Source: Octopus sinensis (Eukaryota). From it: a DNA stretch of 23,095 nucleotides. A program made the translations under genes and the position numbers. The notes below the pieces were generated by a model. That model was not told the DNA's origin. It ran no database searches and saw nothing but the letters and a program-made list of their open reading frames with translations. This document shows positions 11,590-23,010 of the stretch, one piece after another; position 1 is the stretch's first letter; each line of letters begins with the position of its first letter. The stretch spans positions 1 through 23,095 of the forward strand of contig NW_021836639.1 in the NCBI RefSeq assembly GCF_006345805.1, given 5' to 3'.

Positions 11590-11748
11590 ATATAGTGTTT
11601 GTATTTATTTGACAAGAAAAAAATGGCCATCCCGAAATATAACAATATATACATACACCGCTAGCCATGATAAATCACTAGCCACTACACATTCTTTATT
11701 TTCTCTCCTTGTTTCTTTCTGTGTTCCTTTCTGTGGAAGAGCGTAGGC
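11590..11748 (+). mobile_element. PLE 3' end, family A copy A3: possible ORF terminus plus truncated pseudo-LTR hammerhead
   Basis: The frame reading IYLTRKKWPSRN resembles the PLE GIY-YIG C-terminal FI.K..P.LN. It is followed by TAGCCACTACAC...CCTTT CTGTGGA A GAGC GTAG GC (11731-11748), after which the match breaks down. Confidence 0.55.
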
Positions 11749-11804
11749 CTAAATGTGTAATTCAGAGTAGCCAGAGTAACTCGAACAAAATAATATAAAG
11801 TCAA

Positions 11805-12020
11805 TTCGATTCACTTCAGCATTTAAGTTTAATTTGTCAAAATATTTTCGTCGCTCTAAGACCGCGACCTGTTCACTGACAAAAATCCGAACAGGTCGCA
11901 GTCTTATAGCGACGGAAATATTTTGACAAATTAAACTTAAATGCTGAAGTGAAGCGAACGGCTTTTGTGTGCTTCTTAAATGGCCTACAAACACCTTCCA
12001 CGCTGCAATTGTCTTCGTTT
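11805..12020. repeat. Fold-back inverted repeat of family E
   Basis: Arms 11805-11874 and 11889-11958 (70 bp, 4 mismatches) with a 14-nt loop. The right arm extends to 12020 as the complement of 11463-11524. Confidence 0.95.
11833..11883 (-). ncRNA. Minimal type I hammerhead ribozyme candidate with G3-C8 core swap (family E)
   Basis: Minus strand: UUUGUCA GUGAACA G GUCGC GGUCUUAGA GCGAC GAAA AUAU U U UGACAAA. Stem I is 7 bp, stem II is 5 bp closed by G10.1-C11.1, GAAA is intact, stem III is the palindrome AAUAUU and the NUH site is UUU. Confidence 0.65.
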
Positions 12021-12544
12021 TTGTTTTAAGAAATTAATGGCGAAAATAAACCTCAACTTCCGTCGATTTTGTCCCAATTTATGTCGCTTACAGAGAACAT
12101 ATGTAAAGGCTTAAACATTAATGAAAACATGTATCAAGCGACATTATTTGACGCAGGGCTCTATCAGGATTAAATGAAAATGTTTTATATGAATAAACCC
12201 TGCAGGAATATTATACGTAACAGAAACAGATATACTAGGAAAACCCCGTTTTTTCTGTTGTCTTTATCTTTCTTATTTGCAACCACCAAAGGAAGTGTTA
12301 AAAGGTTTCTAAAATGTTTCAGTAAGATCGATGAAAGACGGAGAGAGATGTGAAGCGTTCTCAGTTGGTCAGCAGCATATTTCCTGTGCATGGAAAAGAA
12401 ATCTAAATGCTTTCCATATTAAAAACAGTCCTTGATTTCCATGAGATATTATATAGTGCGTCTATAAACAGCACGTGTCTCCATATTAACATTTGGTCAT
12501 TAGCTCTATACTGGCTGATTCATTCATGTTATAAGCGTTGAAAA

Positions 12545-12789
12545 TGGAAGCGCGTGGCTTGGTGGTTATGGTGTCAGCATCATGATCGTATGATTGTGGT
12601 TTCTATTCCTCCACCGGGCGACGCGATGTCTTCTTTAGCAAAACACTTCATTTCCCGTTGCTCCACTCCACTCAGCTGGCAAAAATGAGTAACGCTGCAA
12701 TGGACTGGCGTCCCGTTAAGCTGGGGAACACATACGCCATAGAAACCGAGAAACCGGGCCCACGAGCCTGGCTAGTCTTTAAAAGGGCA
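12545..12789 (+). mobile_element. tRNA-derived SINE with CORE-like central domain, monomer 1
   Basis: A box TGGCTTGGTGG (12555-12565), degenerate B box, central AGCAAAACACTTCATTTCCCGTTGCTCCACTCCACTCAGCTGGCAAAAATGAGTA; homologous to monomer 2. Confidence 0.8.
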
Positions 12790-12793
12790 GAAG

Positions 12794-13057
12794 TGGAGGT
12801 GCATAGCTTAGTGGTTAGGGTATCAGCGTCATGATTGTAAGACTGTGGTTTCGATTTCTGGACCGGGTGACGTGTTGTGTTCGTGAGCAAAACACTTCGT
12901 TTCACGTTGCTCCAGTCCACTCAGCTGGCAAAAATGAGTAACGCTGCGATGGACTGGCAAACATATACGTCCATCTGGGGAACACAGACGCCATAGAAAC
13001 CGGGAAACCGGGCCTATGAGCCTGGCTAGGCTTTAAAACGGCGCATTTATTTTCATT
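12794..13057 (+). mobile_element. tRNA-derived SINE with CORE-like central domain, monomer 2
   Basis: A box TAGCTTAGTGG (12804-12814), B-box-like GTTTCGATTTC (12848-12858), same body, T-rich tail. Confidence 0.8.
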
Positions 13058-13634
13058 TTATAAGCTTTGAAACGATGTACGTTAAAGCGTCTGACTATTT
13101 GCTTGACAATGCGATATTACTGATCAAAAACCTAATAAATATATTCTGTTCTGCTAGTTTTTCTGCAGAGATAATTATTGAGTCAAACAGTAGAGCAGAA
13201 CAACTTACATTTCGTAGTTAAATATTAATGGATCTTACGCATGAAGCTGCGAGTTCGGGAAAGGACAAAGGTTTAGTTTACAGACTCCAAAAATTGACAT
13301 ATAATTTAATTTATCCATCCAGAAAGCATGAAAATCAAAGCCGTCAGCAAGAAAAGTTGAACTCTGGAATATGAAAAATTATTGCTAAAAACCAACATGT
13401 CATTTACGATTTTTGCCATTCCAACGCCATTCCACAATTAAATACCGCAAGAAAGAAATTGGCTATTAAATTAAATCGATGCCAGTGCTTCAGAAATACA
13501 TTATTTAACAACCATAGAACTTTAAAAAGAAAAAGGAAAAAAAAACCGCTCTGCAGGATTTGTATTCGGGATGCATAAAATCCGGAACAAGATGTCATCA
13601 TTTTTATCCGTGTTACTAATGATCATGCGCATCA

Positions 13635-13676
13635 AACACTGTTCAATAATTAAATATATATATATATATATTATAT

Positions 13677-13715
<39 letters not shown>

Positions 13716-13978
13716 TTCTATCTATATCCTATCTATCTCTCTCCTATTTCTATATATAAATACATATACATATATATATATATAAATATATATACATATA
13801 TATAAATATATATTTTTGTGTATATACTTGTTTCTGGCTTCCGTATATATTGGTCTGTGAGTAGGTCTCTGTGTATCTGTAGTATGTATATGCGTCTGCA
13901 GTTATATAATGACATGGATGCATATGGACAAACATGGTTCCTTGATATATACATACATACATACATACATATATAATT

Positions 13979-14037
<59 letters not shown>

Positions 14038-14055
14038 TGTATATATATATATATG
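13635..14055. repeat. Two (TA)n-rich microsatellite tracts separated by ~120 bp of unique sequence
   Basis: Directly visible. Confidence 0.85.
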
Positions 14056-14507
14056 CAAGGAAAAGTACGATATGAAAAATTAACCAATTGTAATTCAAAC
14101 AGATGATCAACGTCGATTCACCTTCAGTTTGACATCTCACCCAGACGCCAACATCTGGGAGAGAAAAAAAAAATACCATTTATGTCAGGAATAAAAATAA
14201 AAAACAAATACAAATATATAAAAGAAGAAAAAAAAGATGTATATTATGACTGTAAAATAGTATTAACCTTTTCGCGGCAAGTGTCAAAGTGAATAATCTG
14301 AAAGAATATAAATGTTAATCGATAGCACTAAAGAACGATCAGACATAGCAATAAATATATCGGTTCCACACACGTACATTCAAGCACGCACACAGCACAT
14401 AGGCCTATATACACCTATGTATACATGCAAGTATGTTTACATATATTCGAGTGTATATATATATATATATATAAACACATTTTTGCATGTATATATATAT
14501 ATGTATA

Positions 14508-14551
<44 letters not shown>

Positions 14552-14864
14552 CGTGTGTATGTATATAGATGTATATATGTATATATATAGACAGAGAGGA
14601 TTGAGAGTCAGCGTAAGGAAATAATTAGAAAGAGTGAGAGAGAGTGAGGCAGAGGCAAAGGGGAGAATGTGAGAGCGATGGATAAGTTACCAAAGAGAAG
14701 CCGAGAGATATAATCAGAAGACTGTGGGGAAAAGTTTATGGATTTAATTCCGTTATATAATGTATATATATATATATGTATGTGTGTTTATATGCGTGTG
14801 TATATCTGCATGTATATATACACATACATACATATATATACATACATACGCATATATATAAATA

Positions 14865-14896
<32 letters not shown>

Positions 14897-14899
<3 letters not shown>

Positions 14900-15007
14900 C
14901 CTGCTCGCTAAGCCAGCGGGAGGCGTCATTTGAAGCTAAAACAATGCACTTCACATTGTGACCAACGATGTGTAACAACATCTGATAGTCTGGTCGGTCA
15001 CGGTGAT
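14897..15007 (+). mobile_element. Possible SINE 3' fragment of another family
   Basis: GC-richer island TGGCCTGCTCGCTAAGCCAGCGGG...CATCTGATAGTCTGGTCGGTCACG between microsatellites. Matches a recalled octopus repeat end; no second copy in the window. Confidence 0.35.
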
Positions 15008-15009
15008 AT

Positions 15010-15052
<43 letters not shown>

Positions 15053-15080
15053 CATACATATGTATGCATGAATAAGTCAG

Positions 15081-15245
15081 TTTGTCTGTGTTTTGGTCGC
15101 TCCAACATTGCTTGAAAACCGACACCGGTGTGTTTACGTCCCCGTCACTTAGCGGTTCAGCAAAATAGACCGATAGAATAAGTTGTGGGGGTGATTTGCT
15201 CGATGAAATGCTGTGCTCTAGCATGGTTGCAGTAAAAAAAAAGTA
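15081..15245 (+). mobile_element. 3' half of the SINE family of 6610-7057, with an internal deletion
   Basis: GGTGTGTTTACGTCCCCGTCACTTAGCGGTTCAGCAAAATAGACCGATAGAATAAG and GTGCTCTAGCATGGTTGCAGT match the reverse complement of 6610-6830. Confidence 0.85.
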
Positions 15246-15574
15246 GATATAAAAAGAATATATATACGCACGCTTATATAAGTGTATGCGTAAATATTCC
15301 TATATATATATGTGTGTGTGTGTGTATGTAAATATTATTTTATCTGAGATAAGCAAGGGTTAACATTAACGTTTAATCGATCGACGATACATCACAGCAG
15401 GGTGGATTGTAACATTATATAAGTAGATGATGTAACCGTCGTATTTTTGAGTTTGGTTCTCTAAATTGAAACTTAAATGATTTTAAAATTCAGCCCTCAT
15501 TTAAAGGCATAAAAATGTGTTCGATCTTATTCGCGAGGAAATATTCTTATTGATAGGATAAATTGATCATTTGG

Positions 15575-16135
15575 CCATGAAATGCATACGGCCCGAAATT
15601 GCTCTTTATATTTCCAAATGTAGCTTGAAGTAGCTGCGCTGTTTTACTATTCGTGTGTTTTGGCTCCTGTGAGAGAAATTAATTTCTATATAACCTTCTA
15701 ATATCTTGCAAGCAGAGCTATCAACTCGGTTTTAATGACAATTCATTTATGTCATTTCTCTAAAGGCTTTTTTTTTCAGCATTCTGCTCTTAATGGCATC
15801 ATGGTTTGTTTCAGTAAGTTAAACCTCAACTCATTCCTTAATTCAAGCTCCATGCAGTTGTAGAAGAAACACGCTATGCCTCCATTTCGAGGAACATGTC
15901 AAATTCATAAAATAAATTGATACGTTCCTAAAAGCATTATCACCCAAGACATGCATGCGGCTTGCAATTGCTCCTTATATTTCCAAATGCAACTTGAAAT
16001 CGCTGTTCTGTTTTATAGTTCATGAGCGTTGACTCCTGCAAGAGTAATTAATCCATATATAGCATTATAATATCATGCAAGCTGTGACATCAACTTGGAT
16101 TTTATGACAATTAATTTATGATATTTCTCTAAAGG
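15575..16135. repeat. Diverged direct duplication (15575-15766 vs 15944-16135)
   Basis: Gap-free 192-nt alignment with 41 differences (~79% identity), offset 369. Confidence 0.9.
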
Positions 16136-16696
16136 ATTCTTTTCCCTTCCTGCTGTTAATGGTATTTTACCTGTGACTTTATTCCTGGAAATGCTAGAGA
16201 CGCAAAATTGCAACCGGAGAAACTTGACTCATGCATTCGCATATTTACAGTAAGCAATGACGAGATGTAATTTATCGTATCCGTGTGTTCGAGACGCCAT
16301 CATATTTCATTATAGTGTAACTACGATAAATACAGCATTTTACTACTGATCACTGCATCATGTTTCGTAGAATACGAGGATTTTTGATATCGTCTTTAGT
16401 AGAGGTAGACAATGTATGACATGTGCGAGTGTCTGGCTGTCTTCTGGCATGTGTGTGTGTGTGTGTGTGTATATGTATGTGTCTGTGTGTGAACGTACGT
16501 AAGATGACAAGCAAATACTTGTTGCTTTGCTATCATTACATCAGAGAGAAACAGGTATGCGAAGATATATACACGTATTCATATATGTACACACATGACA
16601 CGCAATCTCTCTCTCTCTCTCAAGCATATATAAGCATATATATGTATATACGTATGAAGATTTACATATATACATATATATATATTATCATATATA

Positions 16697-16739
<43 letters not shown>

Positions 16740-16919
16740 TGTGTGTGTATGTGTGTGTATTTAAAAGCAACTTGTATGAAATAGCACATATATGCGATCA
16801 AACAAACTAAAAGCTACTGAATGCATACAAGTTAAGTATGATACGTTTTGACGTAAAACAAATTGGCCGTAAGTTTCTAAGGTGGTTTGCGTTTTATATC
16901 AGTACTAACACTTCAATCT

Positions 16920-16936
16920 ATCTATTTCTCTCTCTT

Positions 16937-16980
<44 letters not shown>

Positions 16981-17270
16981 ATATATATCTATCCATCTAT
17001 CTATCAATGTATCTATGTATCTATCTACCTATCTATCGATTTATCTATCTATTTATCTATCTGCCTGTCTGTCTGTCTCTCTATCTATCTGACTCTATCT
17101 TTCTCTGTCTCTCTCTCCCTATATATAAACATATATATACACATATAATATATACATGTACATATATATATATATATTATATATCACATATATATATGTA
17201 TATATGTATGTGTGTGTTTAAATGTATATATACATACACATATATATTCATATATGTATATATGGGCGTG
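16920..17270. repeat. Compound (CT)n/(CTAT)n/(TA)n microsatellite
   Basis: Directly visible. Confidence 0.9.
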
Positions 17271-17574
17271 TTTGTGGGTGTGCATGTGTTTGCGTGAGGT
17301 GGGCGGGAATGTAAGAATCTAGTATATTTATGTGGTTCTCCAATGTTATCTGTTCATGAAAATTCTAGTAATAGTTTTCGTATATCAGACAACGGAAGTT
17401 GCTTCTATTGAAAAGATCTTATTAGCAAATATATGAATTTCATAACGAGATATTTCTTACATACATTTATTGTCACGAAGATAACAAATTGTATGTTTTC
17501 TACTCAGAATCGTTCGAAACATTCGACATACATATATTATGCACATGTACTTACACACCTATGTATTAAGTACC

Positions 17575-18060
<486 letters not shown>

Positions 18061-18823
18061 TATCCTTGACGTTATAGGAATATTAATATAAGTGATATAA
18101 TTCTTTTGTGGGGAGCGTGCCTGAGTAACGCTTCTTGAAATTCATATAAAAATGTAATGAATAGCAAGTAAATAATGGCTTGAAAAGCCCATTTGAATAG
18201 AAAATGTCGATAGCTGATCTTGAGACTTGAACTCACAGCTCTTGTAAACACACACGCACACACACATATACATACATACAAACACGCTCATACATATGTA
18301 TATATAATTTTGCCGTGTTACTATAATCCAGGCACTTCGTTGCACGTAATAACCTCGTTAAGGAAGTATTGAGATACCTAAATGAACGTCATAATCTCCT
18401 ATTGAGAGCTCTACGTAAATCCAACATATAGTCCAAGAGATATACAATATGCTTCACAGATTTGTCTAGTAATAACTATGATGAGGAAGAAAGAAACTCC
18501 AAATGATGTTACGACCGTTTCAGTAAACGAATATCATGAACCTATGATAATAAATGCGAAATTCTGTCTGTCCGGGACTCCTCATGCAGCTCAATCTACA
18601 TTTGGAATCAGTATGATCCTGAGATGTAGAATCTGCCGTTAATTTGGTTCTCGAATATTCAACATTGGGATCAGGTCTGGATGACGAATTTTCCTACGCT
18701 AACAGATAAAAATTCAAATTGTAAAAGAATTCCAAAAATTTGTGAAATTAGGAATTTTTCATTTATAACTGAATTAACTGTTTTATTATTATTGCCTCAT
18801 AATCTAATAATAATAATAATAAT

Positions 18824-18857
<34 letters not shown>

Positions 18858-18874
18858 TATACTATATATATATA

Positions 18875-19375
18875 TATAATAGACATTTTTAGAGTTACTT
18901 CCCTTATAAATAGCGAAAAAATGCATTAAATGGAAAAAAAACGATGGTAAATTTTTTTTTTAAATCGTAGACTCGTGTAGACGCTTTCTTCTTAGTACCA
19001 TTTCTGTCTGTTTGGGTGTCTTCAAGCCATGAAGTCGTTGTTCTAAAAGAACGTTGTCTCCTTGACAACGCCTTACGACGTTGATTTCCTTACACTCCCT
19101 TCCCCACAGGTGCAGGTGTGAGCGTGGACGCCAACTAACTCGCCGCCATCGACACACGAAAATTATTCATTAAAATGGAATAAAAAATGATGTTAAATTA
19201 TTTTAAAAATCGTAGACTCATCGTAGACGCGCGCTAATACTCAGACGGGCTCGATATGAATCACGACTATAAGCTACCCAAATTTGGTAAACACGCACCG
19301 CAAAATGTGGGAGTAGTTAGGAATCTAAATCGAAGGGGACAGACACTCACACAACTACAGTTTTATATATATAGA
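18875..19375 (-). mobile_element. Probable non-autonomous Helitron-like element, 5' part
   Basis: The minus strand begins A|TCTATATATATAAAACTGTAGTTGTGTGAGTGTCTGTC, a typical Helitron 5'-TC terminus after host A. It has an internal ~62-bp direct repeat (18924-18984 vs 19168-19230). No clear 3' hairpin plus CTRR was found. Confidence 0.5.
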
Positions 19376-19392
19376 TATACATAGCGCAGTAG

Positions 19393-19660
19393 TGGTGAGA
19401 TGTGACAGCAAAGAAAGCATACATTCACTCTCTGCATGCAATTAGACTCGGAAAGTTCGTGAGGAACCCATTGACCCAATTTGCTGACTTTTCCGATAGC
19501 ACACAGGTCTCAATGAATGGTTGAATGACCAAATCCAAGCTTCTCTGCTAGTTCCTCAACATTACGATGAGATTTTGTTCCACCAGGGTTTTTCAGGATG
19601 TCCTTGTCGAGTTTTCTACAGATCTTTCATCAGGATGAGCTCGTCTTCTAGGCTGTTCCA
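19393..19660 (-). pseudogene. Mariner-family transposase relic (HTH region to WVPHEL linker)
   Basis: With frameshifts: SLEDE...LDKDILK.LVEQNLIV.VEELAEKLGFGHSTIH*DLCAIGKVSKLGQWVPHELSESNCMQRVNVC.SLLSHL. WVPHEL is at 19453-19470 and SLEDE at 19640-19654. Confidence 0.9.
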
Positions 19661-19954
19661 ATATAGCTTTGAAAAAAATAGCTGTTAAAATCGAAATGCA
19701 CTCTTCAAAACTTGCACTATGATAAGGACAAGATAAAATTACTACCTGCTTTAATAGCAAGTTAATATAAGTAGTTTATCCCATTCCCCTCTGACTTTTA
19801 GTTCAAGCTGTTGAAAAAACTGCATTATTATATATATATACATACATACATACATACATATACACACACACTCTCTCTCTCACACACATGCACACATTTA
19901 TATTCTGTTATTCTTTTATATGTTTCAGCCGCTTGAGGTTGTGGCCATGCTGGA

Positions 19955-20125
19955 TCATGTGTGTGTGTGTGTGTCTATCTGTCTGTCTGTCTGTTGTATA
20001 TGTATATGTATGTATGTATGTATGTGTGTATGTATGTATGTGTGTGTGTATGTATGTATGTAGTGTGGTGTGTGTGTATGTATGTAATGTATGTATGTAT
20101 GTATTTATGTATGTATGAGTGTATG
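19955..20125. repeat. (TG)n/(TATG)n microsatellite
   Basis: Directly visible. Confidence 0.9.
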
Positions 20126-20627
20126 TTTTACTTTACTAACACAAGCCACTACGGTTATTTAATGTAGTCTTCCTCAAATCACTATCTCTGGCTATTTACT
20201 CTCTTCCAAGAACATTTTCACTCACACTTATGTGTTAGCTTCCCATACATTTTTACTCATGTATCTATCAGCGTGATAGAGAGAAACAAATATTACATCT
20301 AGTTTCACTTTATTCGTTGCCCACTGTGTGTGTGCGTTTGCGTGTGGTGTAAACCAGACTAAGAAAAGCATTTGACACACACACCAGAATGTGAGTTTTC
20401 TGTAAATTTTGCTTAATGGGTTTAAATTTTAAAAACTGGACCTGGCATGACGCGATGCATTTGTACTCTTAAAAATGCTAGGTAAATTGTAATTGAAGAA
20501 ATCCTATATTGTAGATTTTTATAACTCCCAAAGGAGGCAGATAAAATCTGCCTTTTATAATAAGAGATATATATGTGTGTATATATATATGTGTATTCCG
20601 CAGCTCTGAGCTGAAACTAGAAAAAAA

Positions 20628-20629
<2 letters not shown>

Positions 20630-20658
<29 letters not shown>

Positions 20659-20716
20659 TACGAGACAGAGAGAGAGAGAGATAGTGATAGATAGAAAGAT
20701 AGAAAGATAGATAGAT

Positions 20717-20790
<74 letters not shown>
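20630..20790. repeat. Compound (TA)n-(GA)n-(GATA)n microsatellite
   Basis: Directly visible. Confidence 0.95.
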
Positions 20791-21614
20791 TGTAAATATA
20801 TAATCGTCAGTGAAACCAATCACTGCTTCAATTATTAGATGAACGGTATGGCCTCAGCATATATTTTTCGTATCATAACGGTATATTGCTAAGCACATGT
20901 ACAATAACAACAGTTTCATGATGATATCGCCATGAAGAATTAGCTACGAGAATCGCAAATATGCTTCTGTACATTTTCATCCTCCTTAATTCGGCGTCCA
21001 ATAAAACTTCCATGCGATCTCTGCACATCGCTACAAATAACAACGTAAGTTCTCTAAAATGACATTCAGTTCTTTTAGATAATAAATTATTTGGATTCTG
21101 CTGTACTAAGTTCCATATATATAGGATAAATTGCAATAATTTGTGTGTGGAGTGTCCTTTAACCATTCTACTCTATCAGGGACTGCTATATCACAAAAGA
21201 AAAAAATAGCTGCTCTAACAGCAATTTCCTATAACTCAAATAACAGTTGCCAAAGATGGCACACACTAATCTACCTTCATATCTATACCACATTAAATTG
21301 ATTACTTCCTGTTAATGATGAAACACGTTCATTTGAAAATGTCAACTTGGCGAATCAGAACGGTGGCTTACTCTGACGCAAATGAAATGCTATACATACA
21401 AATGAAATATAGCATAATTATTTCCCTTACGCCTTGAGATTATTAAGACGTATTTCGCACATTTGCTTTGCGTGCAGTGTTTTAAGAAGACAAATATTAA
21501 ACGATACGATTCTAACAACATCTAGGTTTCAATCACCGGTCAACTTGTAACAGGATGTCTCAGCGATGAACTGATTCTGGGCGAAAACAACACCAACATT
21601 TGATCATACACAGA

Positions 21615-21617
<3 letters not shown>

Positions 21618-21659
<42 letters not shown>

Positions 21660-21697
21660 TATAATATATATACAGATTATATATAATATATATATAG

Positions 21698-21752
<55 letters not shown>

Positions 21753-21753
21753 T

Positions 21754-21800
<47 letters not shown>

Positions 21801-21842
21801 GGATAGATTGATAGATGGATAGATGGATAGATAGATCGATTG
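21618..21842. repeat. Compound (TA)n-(GATA)n microsatellite
   Basis: Directly visible. Confidence 0.95.
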
Positions 21843-22084
21843 ATAAGTTGGTAGTTACGGGAATATAACTATGCTGCTTGTATCTTCTGTATCCAGTTCT
21901 ACCGATATATTTATTTATGGGATGCTGATCTGATACTTGCATTACTACAATGATATATGCATACTTTCATTGTTTCCAATATTGAGATCTCTCCCACTAA
22001 CTCTGACAACTATTTATGTACTTCATAAACAGTTGTCATACATCTATATATATATATATAATATATCCCTATCCATACATATAT

Positions 22085-22124
<40 letters not shown>

Positions 22125-22192
22125 TATATATACGTGTATACATATATTTATGTATATACGCACACGCACATATATATAAGTATATATATATG

Positions 22193-22230
<38 letters not shown>

Positions 22231-22739
22231 CACATATATATATATGTGTGTGTGTGTGTTTTATTTATAGTTATATTAACAGAAACGTAGAATCACACGC
22301 GTAAACCTCATTACACGCTCAGACACGAATACATATATACATATACCTACGAGTCTTCAATGATATGCAGCCCACCAAGATTTACGGTTGATGTTTTTAT
22401 GTTACAAAATTACTATTACTTTTACTGACGTTCGCACGTTTCACATGTCGAGTATTGCCATATAATTCATGTCAGTAATATATATATATATATAATATAT
22501 ATATATGATTTGGTCGAACTAGCCTTATTGAAGACTACCGGCGTTATGACCTTGCTAAAAATCTTTAACTCTCCAGTACCTCATATCCTTATTCCTTTCG
22601 TTTTTCTTTTCTATTTTCTTTCTTATATTATTAATTTCTCTCCACATTTATATTTTTCGCTTTTACTCTGCTCCCTACACATTCCCATCGAATGCTCCTC
22701 CGTGTGTTAACATGTACCGCCTGGCGAGAATGTAAATTT

Positions 22740-23010
22740 TTGGTTTAACCAAGTTAGCCTTAGTCTGACGAGTAGCCTGCGCTACTATACACCCCGCTTG
22801 CATACTTACCACTTCTGAGGTTCCGCTCACCGTGAAACATATTTTGCCCGGATCTTACCTTCGCCATTGTTTAACCCTTGAATACATATTCACATACCCG
22901 GCAACCAGGGATGCCTACAGTGAAATATAATTTTTTTTCAAGTTTATCGTACTTCGATACGCAGAAATCAACAACCTTTCTCAATAAATTAAGATTGTTC
23001 CAAAAAGTTG
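22740..23010 (+). pseudogene. Possible I-group (Nimb/Ingi/Loa-like) LINE ORF2 C-terminal relic
   Basis: One frame gives LTKL...HPAC...EVPLTVKHIL (PLTVKHIL at 22823-22846), resembling the degenerate zinc-knuckle P.C..C...LTV.HIL..C. Another frame gives TFLNKLRLFQKV (22974-23009), resembling the terminal FL...GL..KI. Heavily decayed. Confidence 0.45.

Noticed and set aside
11889-11930. Plus-strand copy of the family E hammerhead as a functional ribozyme
   Set aside because: The 5' core and stem I strand are removed by the fold-back, and GAAA is mutated to GGAA.
18960-19157. 65-aa minus-strand ORF inside the Helitron-like element
   Set aside because: No Rep or helicase motif recognisable.
20873-21166. 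97-aa minus-strand ORF in non-repetitive sequence
   Set aside because: No recognisable domain, no ATG start and no convincing splice signals.
22765-22790. CTGACGA GTAGC-CTGC-GCTAC as another hammerhead
   Set aside because: The core and a 5-bp hairpin are present, but TATA follows instead of GAAA and no stem I or III partner is found; it lies within the putative LINE relic.
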